A DNA stretch of 13,858 nucleotides from positions 1-13,858 of the forward strand of contig JBDHXA010000075.1 of assembly GCA_039810485.1 (NCBI GenBank). The letters run 5' to 3'. Shown piece by piece: positions 1 to 7,771 of this stretch. The translations under genes and the position numbers were made by a program. The stretch comes from Chlorobiota bacterium. GTDB lineage: Bacteria; Bacteroidota; Ignavibacteria; Kapaibacteriales; UBA961. Numbering within the stretch: the stretch's first letter is position 1; the number at the start of each line of letters is the position of its first letter. The notes under the pieces were generated by a model, which was given only the letters and a program-made list of their open reading frames with translations, did not search any database and was not told the DNA's origin.

Positions 1-2070
1 ATTGTTTGGCTGGTGCAAAACCTGCGAAACCTGCACGTAAAAAACCAAAAGGTATTTGACCACATCATTATCCTTACGCACCGCATCAACCTTGACGACC
101 AAATCAGCAAAGACTTTTTGAAAGCCATTGGGCAAACAGGCGTGGTGGCCTATTGCAAAAAGAGCAACGATGTTCGTTTGGCTTTAGGCGAACGGTTGGA
201 GAATTACCGTAATCCGGAAATCACCATTAATGCACCGGTAATTGTAACTATTCTGCACAAGTTTTCTTTTTTGAAAGACCTTGCCGACCAATCAGGTAAA
301 AACATTTGCTTCATTATTGACGAAGCCCATACCAATCAGGAAGGAAAACTCCACGAAAAATTGGTGGATGTGTTTGATGAAGCCACAGGACAAACCATTC
401 AGCAAAAAGTGGAGGAAGAAGATGACGAGCAGGAAGAACTGATTGATGAAATTGCAAGAAAGGAATTTCCGAACCTTTGCTTTGTTGCCCTTACAGCCAC
501 ACCAAGCGACAAAACCATTCAGCATTTTGGAAAAGAAGGTCGTGCCTTTGATGTGTATAGTATGGATGAAGCCATTGCCGAAGGCTACATAATGGACGTG
601 GCAAAAAACATCATCACGTACGAAACCCTTTACGAACTCAATTACAAACTTCCTGACGACCATCAGCAGAATGAATATCCAACTTTGCAGGTTTACCGTG
701 CATTGAAACTGAAAGCATTTGAAGATGATGAAGTCATCAAAGAAAAATGCAAAATCATTGTTTCCATTTTCAAAGACCGAACAGCCGACAAAATTGAAGG
801 CAAAGCAAAATCAATGATTGTTACTTCCAGCCGATTGAGTGCCGTGAAATACAAACTCTATCTGGACGAAGAACTCAAAAAACGTGGCTTGAAATGGAAG
901 GCACTTGTTGCCTTTAGCGGACAAATCAACCACAACGGCACGTTTTATTCGGAAACCGAAATGAACAAAAGCAACAATCCACAAAATGTAAAAATTGAAG
1001 ATTGCTTTGAGAAAGGCGATGACATTCGTTTTCTAATTGTTGCGAATAAGTTTCAGGTTGGTTTCAGCGAAAAAATGCTGCACACAATGTTTGTGGACAA
1101 AGCCCTGCAAGACCGCAATGCCGTTCAAACCATCAGCCGACTGAATAGGATTTATCCAGGGAAGAAATTCGATACACTCACTGTTGATTTTACAAACTCG
1201 TATGATAAAATCATAAAGGCATTCAAGAAATACCAAAGCAATGTAGAAAGCCACAAAGAAGCCAACCCAGATGATTTATACAAAATCAAAGACGAGTTGC
1301 TGAAACGTGGCATTTTCACTCTGGAAGATGTGGAAGAATGTGTAAAGCTTTTTAATAGTGAAAATCCAGCCGATGTTGTTCCGCTTTCGGTATTGCTAAC
1401 CAAAATAAAAGGAATACTGCAAGCCAAAGCAGACAGCGACAAACAACGTGAATTCAGAACCTTACTGGCTCGTTACGTGAGTTTGTTCGGCTTTATCCGT
1501 GCTTTATTCCGTTTGCGTTTCAAAGACAAAATCCTGATTGACTTCAACATCTTCGCCACACTTCTTTACAAGAAACTCGACCCGACAATGAGTGCGGAAG
1601 ATTTGGAAGAAGAAATCAAAAAGGTAAAACTGAAAACCTTTGATATTGAAAAAATATCAGAGGGAGTTCAGGAACCCGAAGGAGGTGACGATGATGATGA
1701 AGGTGGAAACGGTGGCGGTCAACGTGGCGGTGGAAACATTACCAGCGTTAGACCAATGGCAACCGTTGAAGAAGTGGTAATTGCCATCAATCTGCGTTTC
1801 AAAGAAAGAGTTTCACCCGAAGGAGTTTCAGTAGTAGAAAACTATTTACAAGCCTTGCAAAAAGACAATAACCTGAAAACAACCATCAAAAACAACCTCA
1901 CCCAAGACGAAAGACAGGTTTACGATTTGGTGATTAAAGGTATTATGGACAAACTCTATACAGACTACATAATCAATCACTCACCGCAACACTACGGAGA
2001 ATTAACGCAGGAAAGCGTTCAAGGATTTATTAACCAAAGTGCCTACAAAATGCTGAGAACAATGGTGTAA
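1..2070 (+). CDS. hsdR: Type I restriction enzyme R subunit (HsdR), C-terminal ~685 aa. 5'-partial: reading frame is open from base 1, so the gene continues upstream of the window
   Basis: Frame open from nt 1; track start at 13 is only the first GTG. Helicase motif II FIIDEAH, motif III LTATP, motif V-like LIVANKFQVGFSEKMLHTMFVDKAL, and QTISRLNRIYPGKKFDTLTVDF matching the EcoKI-type RTNRIY...F segment. A long helical C-terminal region is typical of HsdR. Motif I and the nuclease domain would lie upstream of the window. Confidence 0.75.
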   Translation: MVWLVQNLRNLHVKNQKVFDHIIILTHRINLDDQISKDFLKAIGQTGVVAYCKKSNDVRLALGERLENYRNPEITINAPVIVTILHKFSFLKDLADQSGKNICFIIDEAHTNQEGKLHEKLVDVFDEATGQTIQQKVEEEDDEQEELIDEIARKEFPNLCFVALTATPSDKTIQHFGKEGRAFDVYSMDEAIAEGYIMDVAKNIITYETLYELNYKLPDDHQQNEYPTLQVYRALKLKAFEDDEVIKEKCKIIVSIFKDRTADKIEGKAKSMIVTSSRLSAVKYKLYLDEELKKRGLKWKALVAFSGQINHNGTFYSETEMNKSNNPQNVKIEDCFEKGDDIRFLIVANKFQVGFSEKMLHTMFVDKALQDRNAVQTISRLNRIYPGKKFDTLTVDFTNSYDKIIKAFKKYQSNVESHKEANPDDLYKIKDELLKRGIFTLEDVEECVKLFNSENPADVVPLSVLLTKIKGILQAKADSDKQREFRTLLARYVSLFGFIRALFRLRFKDKILIDFNIFATLLYKKLDPTMSAEDLEEEIKKVKLKTFDIEKISEGVQEPEGGDDDDEGGNGGGQRGGGNITSVRPMATVEEVVIAINLRFKERVSPEGVSVVENYLQALQKDNNLKTTIKNNLTQDERQVYDLVIKGIMDKLYTDYIINHSPQHYGELTQESVQGFINQSAYKMLRTMV

Positions 2071-2098
2071 TGATGTTATAACTTTCTGTTTTCAACAC

Positions 2099-2137
2099 AA
2101 AAAAAAAGCGATTGTATATTACAACCGCTTTTTCTTT
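2099..2137. terminator. Bidirectional rho-independent terminator between convergent hsdR and cheW
   Basis: A9 run (2099-2107). Stem gcgattgta (2108-2116) / tacaaccgc (2120-2128) with one mismatch and a 3-nt loop. Then tttttcttt (2129-2137). A-run upstream and T-run downstream allow function on both strands. Confidence 0.6.
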
Positions 2138-2183
2138 ATGTATGATATTTTATAGCAATTTATCAAAATATTAACTTGCTTGA

Positions 2184-2669
2184 CTAAGCCATTATTGCGA
2201 GTTCGTCTTGCTCCTCTGTGCTAAGAATTTTCTCAAGATCTAGAAGAATCAGTAGTTTGTCATCTAATTTGGCAATTGAAGTGATATAATCGCCGCGAAT
2301 ACCGGATATCATTGCTGGGGGTCGCTCTGTAATGCTCACTGGAATGCGACGCACCTCGCTAACGCTGTCAACTATAAAGCCCAATACTTTTTCTGCCAAC
2401 TCCACAACTATTATGCGCGTATCTTTGTCGTGATCGCCAATATCAACGCCGAGCCGTTTGCGCAGATCAATAATAGGAATGATCTTTCCACGCAAATTTA
2501 TGACGCCCTCGACGTATTCAGGCGCATTGGGAACTCGGGTAATCGCAGTCATGCGATTAATTTCCTGAACTTTAAGAATATCGACACCAAACTCTTCGCT
2601 GCCAATGGTAAAGCTGACAAGTTGAAGAATCGTATCAGTAGCGGCGCTAGATTGTTGATGAAGTTCCAT
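2184..2669 (-). CDS. cheW: Chemotaxis coupling protein CheW
   Basis: 161 aa. Strong full-length similarity to E. coli CheW, recalled from memory: FGVDILKVQEI, VPNAPEYVEGVINLRGKIIPIIDLR, IIVVEL, GFIVDSVSEV, LLILLDLEKIL. AGGAGA Shine-Dalgarno (complement of 2674-2679) about 5 nt upstream of ATG. Confidence 0.9.
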   Translation of the reverse strand: MELHQQSSAATDTILQLVSFTIGSEEFGVDILKVQEINRMTAITRVPNAPEYVEGVINLRGKIIPIIDLRKRLGVDIGDHDKDTRIIVVELAEKVLGFIVDSVSEVRRIPVSITERPPAMISGIRGDYITSIAKLDDKLLILLDLEKILSTEEQDELAIMA

Positions 2670-2673
2670 TATA

Positions 2674-2679
2674 TCTCCT
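2674..2679 (-). promoter_or_regulatory. Ribosome-binding site (AGGAGA) of cheW
   Basis: Reverse complement of 2667-2680 reads t-AGGAGA-tata-ATG. Confidence 0.5.
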
Positions 2680-2785
2680 AAGAAAAATATAGTTGCGCAA
2701 AATTACTGATTTATTTTACACAACAATACACAATCCGAATATTAGGATGTGAAAGCAATGTCATGCTTAAATTATTCAAATAGTT

Positions 2786-4309
2786 CTAATGATTTCTTTC
2801 TGAGTTTTCTGCATTGTGGGCATTATCGGCGTTGCTGTTCTTATCATGCGGATTTACCAAGTAATTAGGCAAGTTAAGTCCTGCCATATTAAACAGATCG
2901 CTAAGTGGTGGCACCGATTTCATCATTCCAGAAACGAAGTTGGCAGTTGATGTTCCGCTGTCATTTTTACCTGAATCCCAAACAGTTACTTTGTCAATTT
3001 TAATATTCTTAACCGCTTCTACTTGTGTTTTAACCAGTTCTGGAAGCTTTTCAATCAAAAGGAGCTGGAATGCTTTGGTTGGATCACCGCCGGCCGCGGC
3101 AACAACTTCGCGATAACCTTCTGCTTGTTTGGTTAAGATTTCAAACAAACCTTTTGCTTCAGCTTCCATTTTTGCAAAGAGTGCATCTGCATCGGCTCGC
3201 GCCTGCAAACGAACTTTTTCCGCCTGCGCTTCTGCGTCTATGACAGCGCGCTTTTTAGCAATTTCTGCCGGAACGACAATATTAGCTTGCTGTGAAGCTC
3301 GCTCGCGCTCGGCGCGCGCATCTTCCGCCTTCTGTTCTGCTAAATATGCTTCTTCGAGTGCTTTTGCCTGCTGCACTTTTTCGGCTGAGATAGCTAGCCG
3401 CATTGACTCGGCTTCTCGTTCGCGGCGAACAGCTTCGGAATTGGCAATAACAATTTTTGCCTCATTTTCTCCTTGTATTGCAAGCGCATTCGCTTCCGCT
3501 ATTTTAATGCGCGTATCTTTTTCGGCTTCAGCCTTTCCAATGTTTTCGTCGCGCATCGCTACGGCAATGCTTACTTCACGATCCTTTACGGCAATTGCTA
3601 TTTTTATATCGCGCTCACGGTTAGTATCGGCTATCTTAATATCCTTTTCACGATCGGCCAATGCTTTTCCCGTTTCGCCAATTTTTTCTTGCTCGGCTAC
3701 GCTCACTTTTGCCTCGTTGATTGCCTTTGCAGCCGCTTCCTTGCCTAATGCTTCAATATATCCGGATTCGTCTCTTATATCTGTAACATTGACATTGATT
3801 AATTTCAAACCAATTTTCTTTAATTCGCTGTCAATATTCTGTTGAATACTCTCTAAGAATTTGTCACGGTCAGAGTTGATTTCCTCAATGCTCATCGTAG
3901 CTATCACCAAACGAAGCTGCCCGAATAAAATATCCTTTGCCAAATCTTGAATGCCATCGGTGGACGATCCAAGCAGACGCTCTGCAGCAGTATTCATGCT
4001 GTCAGGGTCGGTTGAAATGGCTATTGTAAAACGACATGGAACATCTACGCGAATATTCTGTTTGCTAAGGGCATTTGTCAAATTAGCTTCTATGGAAACG
4101 GGCTTCAAATCCAAATAGGCAAAATCCTGTATAACAGGCCACACAAACGAACCGCCGCCATGAATGCACTTTGCAGATGTGCCGCCGGTTTTGCCATAAA
4201 TCACCAAAATTTTATCGGAAGGGCAGCGACGGTAGCGTCGCATTAATGCAGAAAGCATGACGAAAGCAACAATAACGGCAACTACAAGAATAAATATTTG
4301 AGCAGGCAT
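2786..4309 (-). CDS. SPFH/band-7 flotillin-family protein (YqiK/FloT-like): N-terminal TM helix, SPFH domain, long Ala/Glu-rich coiled coil
   Basis: 507 aa. N-terminal hydrophobic helix IFILVVAVIVAFVMLSAL. SPFH-like core (VWPVIQDFAYLDLKPVSIEANL..., RFTIAISTD). Long heptad EA/KA-rich segment (AEAEK, AEQKAEDARAERERA) typical of flotillin-like proteins. Sits immediately downstream of an NfeD/YqiJ-like gene, the canonical pairing. AAGGAG RBS 9 nt upstream of ATG. Confidence 0.85.
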   Translation of the reverse strand: MPAQIFILVVAVIVAFVMLSALMRRYRRCPSDKILVIYGKTGGTSAKCIHGGGSFVWPVIQDFAYLDLKPVSIEANLTNALSKQNIRVDVPCRFTIAISTDPDSMNTAAERLLGSSTDGIQDLAKDILFGQLRLVIATMSIEEINSDRDKFLESIQQNIDSELKKIGLKLINVNVTDIRDESGYIEALGKEAAAKAINEAKVSVAEQEKIGETGKALADREKDIKIADTNRERDIKIAIAVKDREVSIAVAMRDENIGKAEAEKDTRIKIAEANALAIQGENEAKIVIANSEAVRREREAESMRLAISAEKVQQAKALEEAYLAEQKAEDARAERERASQQANIVVPAEIAKKRAVIDAEAQAEKVRLQARADADALFAKMEAEAKGLFEILTKQAEGYREVVAAAGGDPTKAFQLLLIEKLPELVKTQVEAVKNIKIDKVTVWDSGKNDSGTSTANFVSGMMKSVPPLSDLFNMAGLNLPNYLVNPHDKNSNADNAHNAENSERNH

Positions 4310-4318
4310 GCTATAACG

Positions 4319-4324
4319 CTCCTT
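4319..4324 (-). promoter_or_regulatory. Ribosome-binding site (AAGGAG) of flotillin gene
   Basis: Reverse complement of 4307-4324 reads AAGGAG-cgttatagc-ATG. Confidence 0.5.
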
Positions 4325-4384
4325 TTACAATAGAAAATGGAAAATTGTATGTAAAAACTAAGAATATTCTCTAAATATATAAAG

Positions 4385-4954
4385 TTAAATTTCTTCTACA
4401 ATTACAGTATTATCGGATTCAACGCGAACCACTTGCACGATTGCGCCTTGCGCGAGAGGTCCCGATTCGGTCATGGCATCTAATTCATGAACAGAGCCGT
4501 TGACGCTTATCAATATCTTGCCTCTGCCTCGATGATTTTCAGGAATGGTCAAGTATACTTCGCCAGTTTTTCCGATTGTATTTTCAAGCTTAAAAGTGTT
4601 GTCTTCCGCAAGCTTCATAATTTGCCTAATTATTGCGAAATACATCAAGATAAAAGCCGCTCCGACAATAAAAGCAACCAGAACAAGAAGCAATGCCGGC
4701 AAAGTCGTGTAAAATGATATGCCTGTCCACCCAAACCCAAGTAAAAAATTAGTAAGATTGCGCAGCGAAAATAATTGGTTATGCGATTGATGATTTTCAG
4801 TGGTGTCGCCGCTGTCAATATCACCATGATGCTCGTGCTCGCCTCCGCCTATAAAAGTAGTTATCGTCTGAAGAATAAACAGAACGCTTGCCGGTATGGC
4901 AATGTACCAAAACATCCGAAGCAAAGGATCCATCGAACTGAAAAATTCTGTCAT
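4385..4954 (-). CDS. NfeD-like / YqiJ (DUF1449)-family inner-membrane protein, partner of flotillin
   Basis: 189 aa. Hydrophobic N-terminus, then a His/Asp-rich loop (GGGEHEHHGDIDSGD). LFSLRNLTNFLLGFGWTGISF resembles the YqiJ FSVRGLLAFLLFFGWAG segment. C-terminal soluble beta-rich tail (GEVYLTIPENHRGRGKILISVNGSVHEL) consistent with an NfeD OB-fold. First gene of a two-gene operon with the flotillin; 75-bp gap to it. GGAGA RBS upstream. Confidence 0.75.
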   Translation of the reverse strand: MTEFFSSMDPLLRMFWYIAIPASVLFILQTITTFIGGGEHEHHGDIDSGDTTENHQSHNQLFSLRNLTNFLLGFGWTGISFYTTLPALLLVLVAFIVGAAFILMYFAIIRQIMKLAEDNTFKLENTIGKTGEVYLTIPENHRGRGKILISVNGSVHELDAMTESGPLAQGAIVQVVRVESDNTVIVEEI

Positions 4955-5209
4955 TTAATATGTCTCCAAACCGTAATATTTTTGTCATTTACATTATCAC
5001 AATCCACAATGCAAACTTACGAATAAATTGCGTTAAAATTTCTACATATTCTGGCAAAAAGTCCAACGCTGTAAACTGACTCGTTTCAATATTTACAATT
5101 CTTTGAATAATACGATCTTTATGACAAGTCACATTTTCATGCTGCCGTAAATATTTAAAATTATTTCTCGAATTAGCGTATTTTCGCAAAACAAGGTTTT
5201 TGCTATTTT

Positions 5210-6994
5210 TTGAGAATCTTTCATTTGGGCAACGCTTTACAACACAGTAAAACCAAAACAGAACATAGGTTCAAGGGTATTCCGGCATCACCCGGCATAG
5301 TTATTGGCGAGGCAGTTACACTATTGCACGATGAAACTCTGTTTCATAATGAAGCGATTACCAGCAAGGAAGTCGAAACAGAAATTGCTAAATTTAAGAC
5401 AGCAATTCAAGTTAGCGTTGAAGAGTTTCGTCAAGCGTATGAATTGGCAAAAAGTGAAGAACATTCGGTTTTGCCTATTCTCGAAACTTATCTAATGATG
5501 CTAACCGACACACTTCTTACCGAAGCAATTTGCCGTAGAATCATCGGAGGCCTTTCGGCCGAGAGTGCAATTCGTCAGGAATTTGACGCGCAAAAGCATT
5601 TTTTTATCGCAGCAAAAGATCATATTCTTCGCGAGCGAGTCACAGATCTTGAAAATGTTCGCGAACGATTGCTGTCAGGCCTGCGAAACACCAATATCAC
5701 TCATTCTATAGCTGCCGGCAAGATACTTATAGCGCAATCTGTTACGCCAACCGATCTCATGCTTTATCGGTCGGTGGGCATATTGGGGCTTGCTACCGAA
5801 GTGGGCGGAATTGCTTCGCATAGCGCTATACTTGCAAGGTCATTTTCCATGCCGTCCGTCATAGGTTTGCGAGACATTGCCCATATCATTCAAAGCGGCG
5901 ACACCGTAGTTCTCGATGGGTATGCAGGAACTCTAACAGTCAATCCAAAGCAGGAAACACTATCGAAATTTGCAAAACGAAAACTTCAAGAAGATGAAAG
6001 TCGCCGAAAACTCGGCAAACTAGCCAAATCACCGGCTGCAACAACAGATGGGCTCTCCATAGACCTGCATGCCAATATTGACTCTCTCGAAGATGTTGAC
6101 GCTGCAATGATGTATGGCGCAGAGGGAATAGGCCTTGTGCGCACTGAATATTTGATTATGCGCTTGAAGCGTTTTCCAACTGAACAAGAGCAATACGAGT
6201 GGTACAAAGAAATTGCAGAGCGATCCTATCCGCATCCAATTACTATTCGCGCATTTGACATTGGAGGAGATAAATATGCCGACGGATTACCGCGAGAAGA
6301 AAATCCCGCATTAGGATTACGTGGAATAAGATTTCTGCTTTATAAACAAGAACTATTCGGTGCTCAAGTACGTGCCGTGCTGCGCGCCTCCGTGCATCGA
6401 AATATTAGACTAATGCTGCCAATGGTTTCCACGCTGAACGAACTGCAAACAGCACTTAATTTTATAGAATCATGCAAGAAGCAATTAATTAAAGATTCAA
6501 TGCCTTTCGATTCAAAAACGCCAATTGGGATTATGATTGAAACGCCTGCAGCGGCTGTTATGTCTGAGGATTTTGCTCAATATGCAGATTTTTTCAGCAT
6601 TGGAACTAATGACTTAACACAATATACTCTCGCGGCCGATCGAGGCAACGAATACATTGCAGCAATTTTCGATCCCTTCGATCCGGCAGTTCTTCGCCTT
6701 ATCCACTTGGCGGTTTGCGCTGCAAAAAAACATAATATTTCAATTGGAGTTTGCGGAGAAATGGCAGGTCATCCCAATGCAGCCGAGCTTTTAATAGGCA
6801 TGGGAGTTAACGAACTAAGCGTAACACCCACTACGCTGCTTGCTTTGAAGAAAAATATTCGTCGAACAAATGCGGCCGCCGCAAAACAATTAGCCGAAGC
6901 CGTTCTGAAATGCGACTCCGGCTCAAAAGTACAATCCACGCTCAATAGCTTCAATCGAAAGAACAAAACCGCAAGTATTATTTCAGGCAGTTAA
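5210..6994 (+). CDS. ptsI: Phosphoenolpyruvate-protein phosphotransferase (PTS enzyme I)
   Basis: 594 aa. GIPASPGIVIGEA N-terminal motif. Phospho-His region GGIASHSAILARSFSMPSVIG. NDLTQYTLAADRGNEYIAAIFDPFDPAVLRLI and CGEMAG PEP-utilising motifs. Start is TTG at 5210; alternative TTG at 5225. No in-frame ATG exists before the GIPASPG motif (frame opens at 5177), so a 15-22 aa N-terminal extension is real or the start is uncertain. Confidence 0.9.
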   Translation: MRIFHLGNALQHSKTKTEHRFKGIPASPGIVIGEAVTLLHDETLFHNEAITSKEVETEIAKFKTAIQVSVEEFRQAYELAKSEEHSVLPILETYLMMLTDTLLTEAICRRIIGGLSAESAIRQEFDAQKHFFIAAKDHILRERVTDLENVRERLLSGLRNTNITHSIAAGKILIAQSVTPTDLMLYRSVGILGLATEVGGIASHSAILARSFSMPSVIGLRDIAHIIQSGDTVVLDGYAGTLTVNPKQETLSKFAKRKLQEDESRRKLGKLAKSPAATTDGLSIDLHANIDSLEDVDAAMMYGAEGIGLVRTEYLIMRLKRFPTEQEQYEWYKEIAERSYPHPITIRAFDIGGDKYADGLPREENPALGLRGIRFLLYKQELFGAQVRAVLRASVHRNIRLMLPMVSTLNELQTALNFIESCKKQLIKDSMPFDSKTPIGIMIETPAAAVMSEDFAQYADFFSIGTNDLTQYTLAADRGNEYIAAIFDPFDPAVLRLIHLAVCAAKKHNISIGVCGEMAGHPNAAELLIGMGVNELSVTPTTLLALKKNIRRTNAAAAKQLAEAVLKCDSGSKVQSTLNSFNRKNKTASIISGS

Positions 6995-7129
6995 CTGTTG
7001 ATTTGCAAGAGATTGCTGAATTGCATCTTAGAAGGAAACAATTGTCCTTAACAATCTGATATTTTCTGCTGTAAGGAATTTTGGGAAATAAGCTTCGTAT
7101 CATTCATGAGCGTAGATGTCAGCCTATAT

Positions 7130-7711
7130 GATCCACTAAGAAAACATCCGTCACTTTGTATCGCGATATTCACCATGCAGACAATAAGTATCGGAAGCAT
7201 GGCAATAACATAGACTTGCGAGGTCATCTGCAAAAGTGCAAGAATATTGTATATTGACAGGTACTGTTTATAATCGCAAATATTTTGGTCGCTAAGATTC
7301 TGATTCCATTGTTGGTAAATCCCATAAAAAATATTGGTCAGTTTAGTCTATAGAAAAAGCGGGACAGCTCTTGCAGATTCTGTTCAAACCAGGGCGTCTA
7401 ATGCATCTTGGTCTACTATTATTTTCTTGTTTTTCCTTATTAACACCATGTTTCCACGCAAACATATGACAACAACATGGAGTTAAGCAATTATAAAACA
7501 ACCGCGGAATCAGAGCCGACATACATATATTTCTATCATCCATATAATTCATTAGAGCGTGGTGCAGACGAGAATATAAATTGGATTGATCGGTCAATAT
7601 TTTCCCAAAGAGAAGCAGCTTCTATCTGTTAAAGAGGACGAACTTACAGAGACAATGAGACAGTTAAACAATCGCCCAAGGAAAATTCTTGGAAGTGAAA
7701 CAGCAATTTAA
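7130..7711 (+). pseudogene. IS30-family transposase gene remnant: 5'-truncated, with multiple frameshifts and stops. Degraded DDE catalytic and C-terminal portion
   Basis: Manual translation. Frame of 7580-7711 gives IGLIGQYFPKEKQLLSVKEDELTETMRQLNNRPRKILGSETAI*, the hallmark IS30 C-terminus (GLIRQYFPK...LNNRPRKTL). Upstream in another frame (7444-7581): TYDNNMEL...YFYHPYNSLERGADENIN (cf. TWDNGKEF...YFxxPYSxWQRGxNENTNG), with a 1-bp insertion near 7582. Further upstream, DSIVGKSHKKYWSV* (7302-7346) resembles DLVSGTKNSHIATLV just after the HWEGD motif. 7130-7300 shows only weak similarity. No intact ORF. The IS30 comparison sequences are recalled from memory. Confidence 0.7.
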
Positions 7712-7771
7712 GTATTTATAGCCAATTACAATAATTTTGTTATTTAATGTTGAATTCGCATTGCATTTCGC

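Noticed and set aside
292-1442. Three minus-strand ORFs (123, 73, 96 aa) within hsdR
   Set aside because: Antisense to a strongly supported helicase-motif reading frame; no homology features.
3129-3845. Long plus-strand ORFs (238 aa and 91 aa) inside the flotillin gene
   Set aside because: Antisense shadow ORFs produced by the GC-skewed, Ala/Glu-codon-rich coiled-coil region. The translation is low-complexity Ala/Ser and has no start context.
4989-5189. 66-aa minus-strand ORF in the nfeD/ptsI divergent spacer
   Set aside because: TTG start, no RBS, AT-rich promoter region. More likely promoter/leader DNA than a gene, although a small regulatory peptide cannot be excluded.
5265-5290. tRNA-like ggttcaaggg T-loop-like string
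   Set aside because: Lies within the ptsI coding frame. No acceptor stem or anticodon arm can be built.
7032-7049. Hairpin aagga-N8-tcctt just downstream of the ptsI stop, as a possible terminator
   Set aside because: Short stem, no following T-run; at best a weak structure.
7048-7597. Minus-strand ORFs (61 and 84 aa) in the ptsI / OM-protein gap
   Set aside because: They lie antisense to the IS30-transposase relic, which explains the region better.
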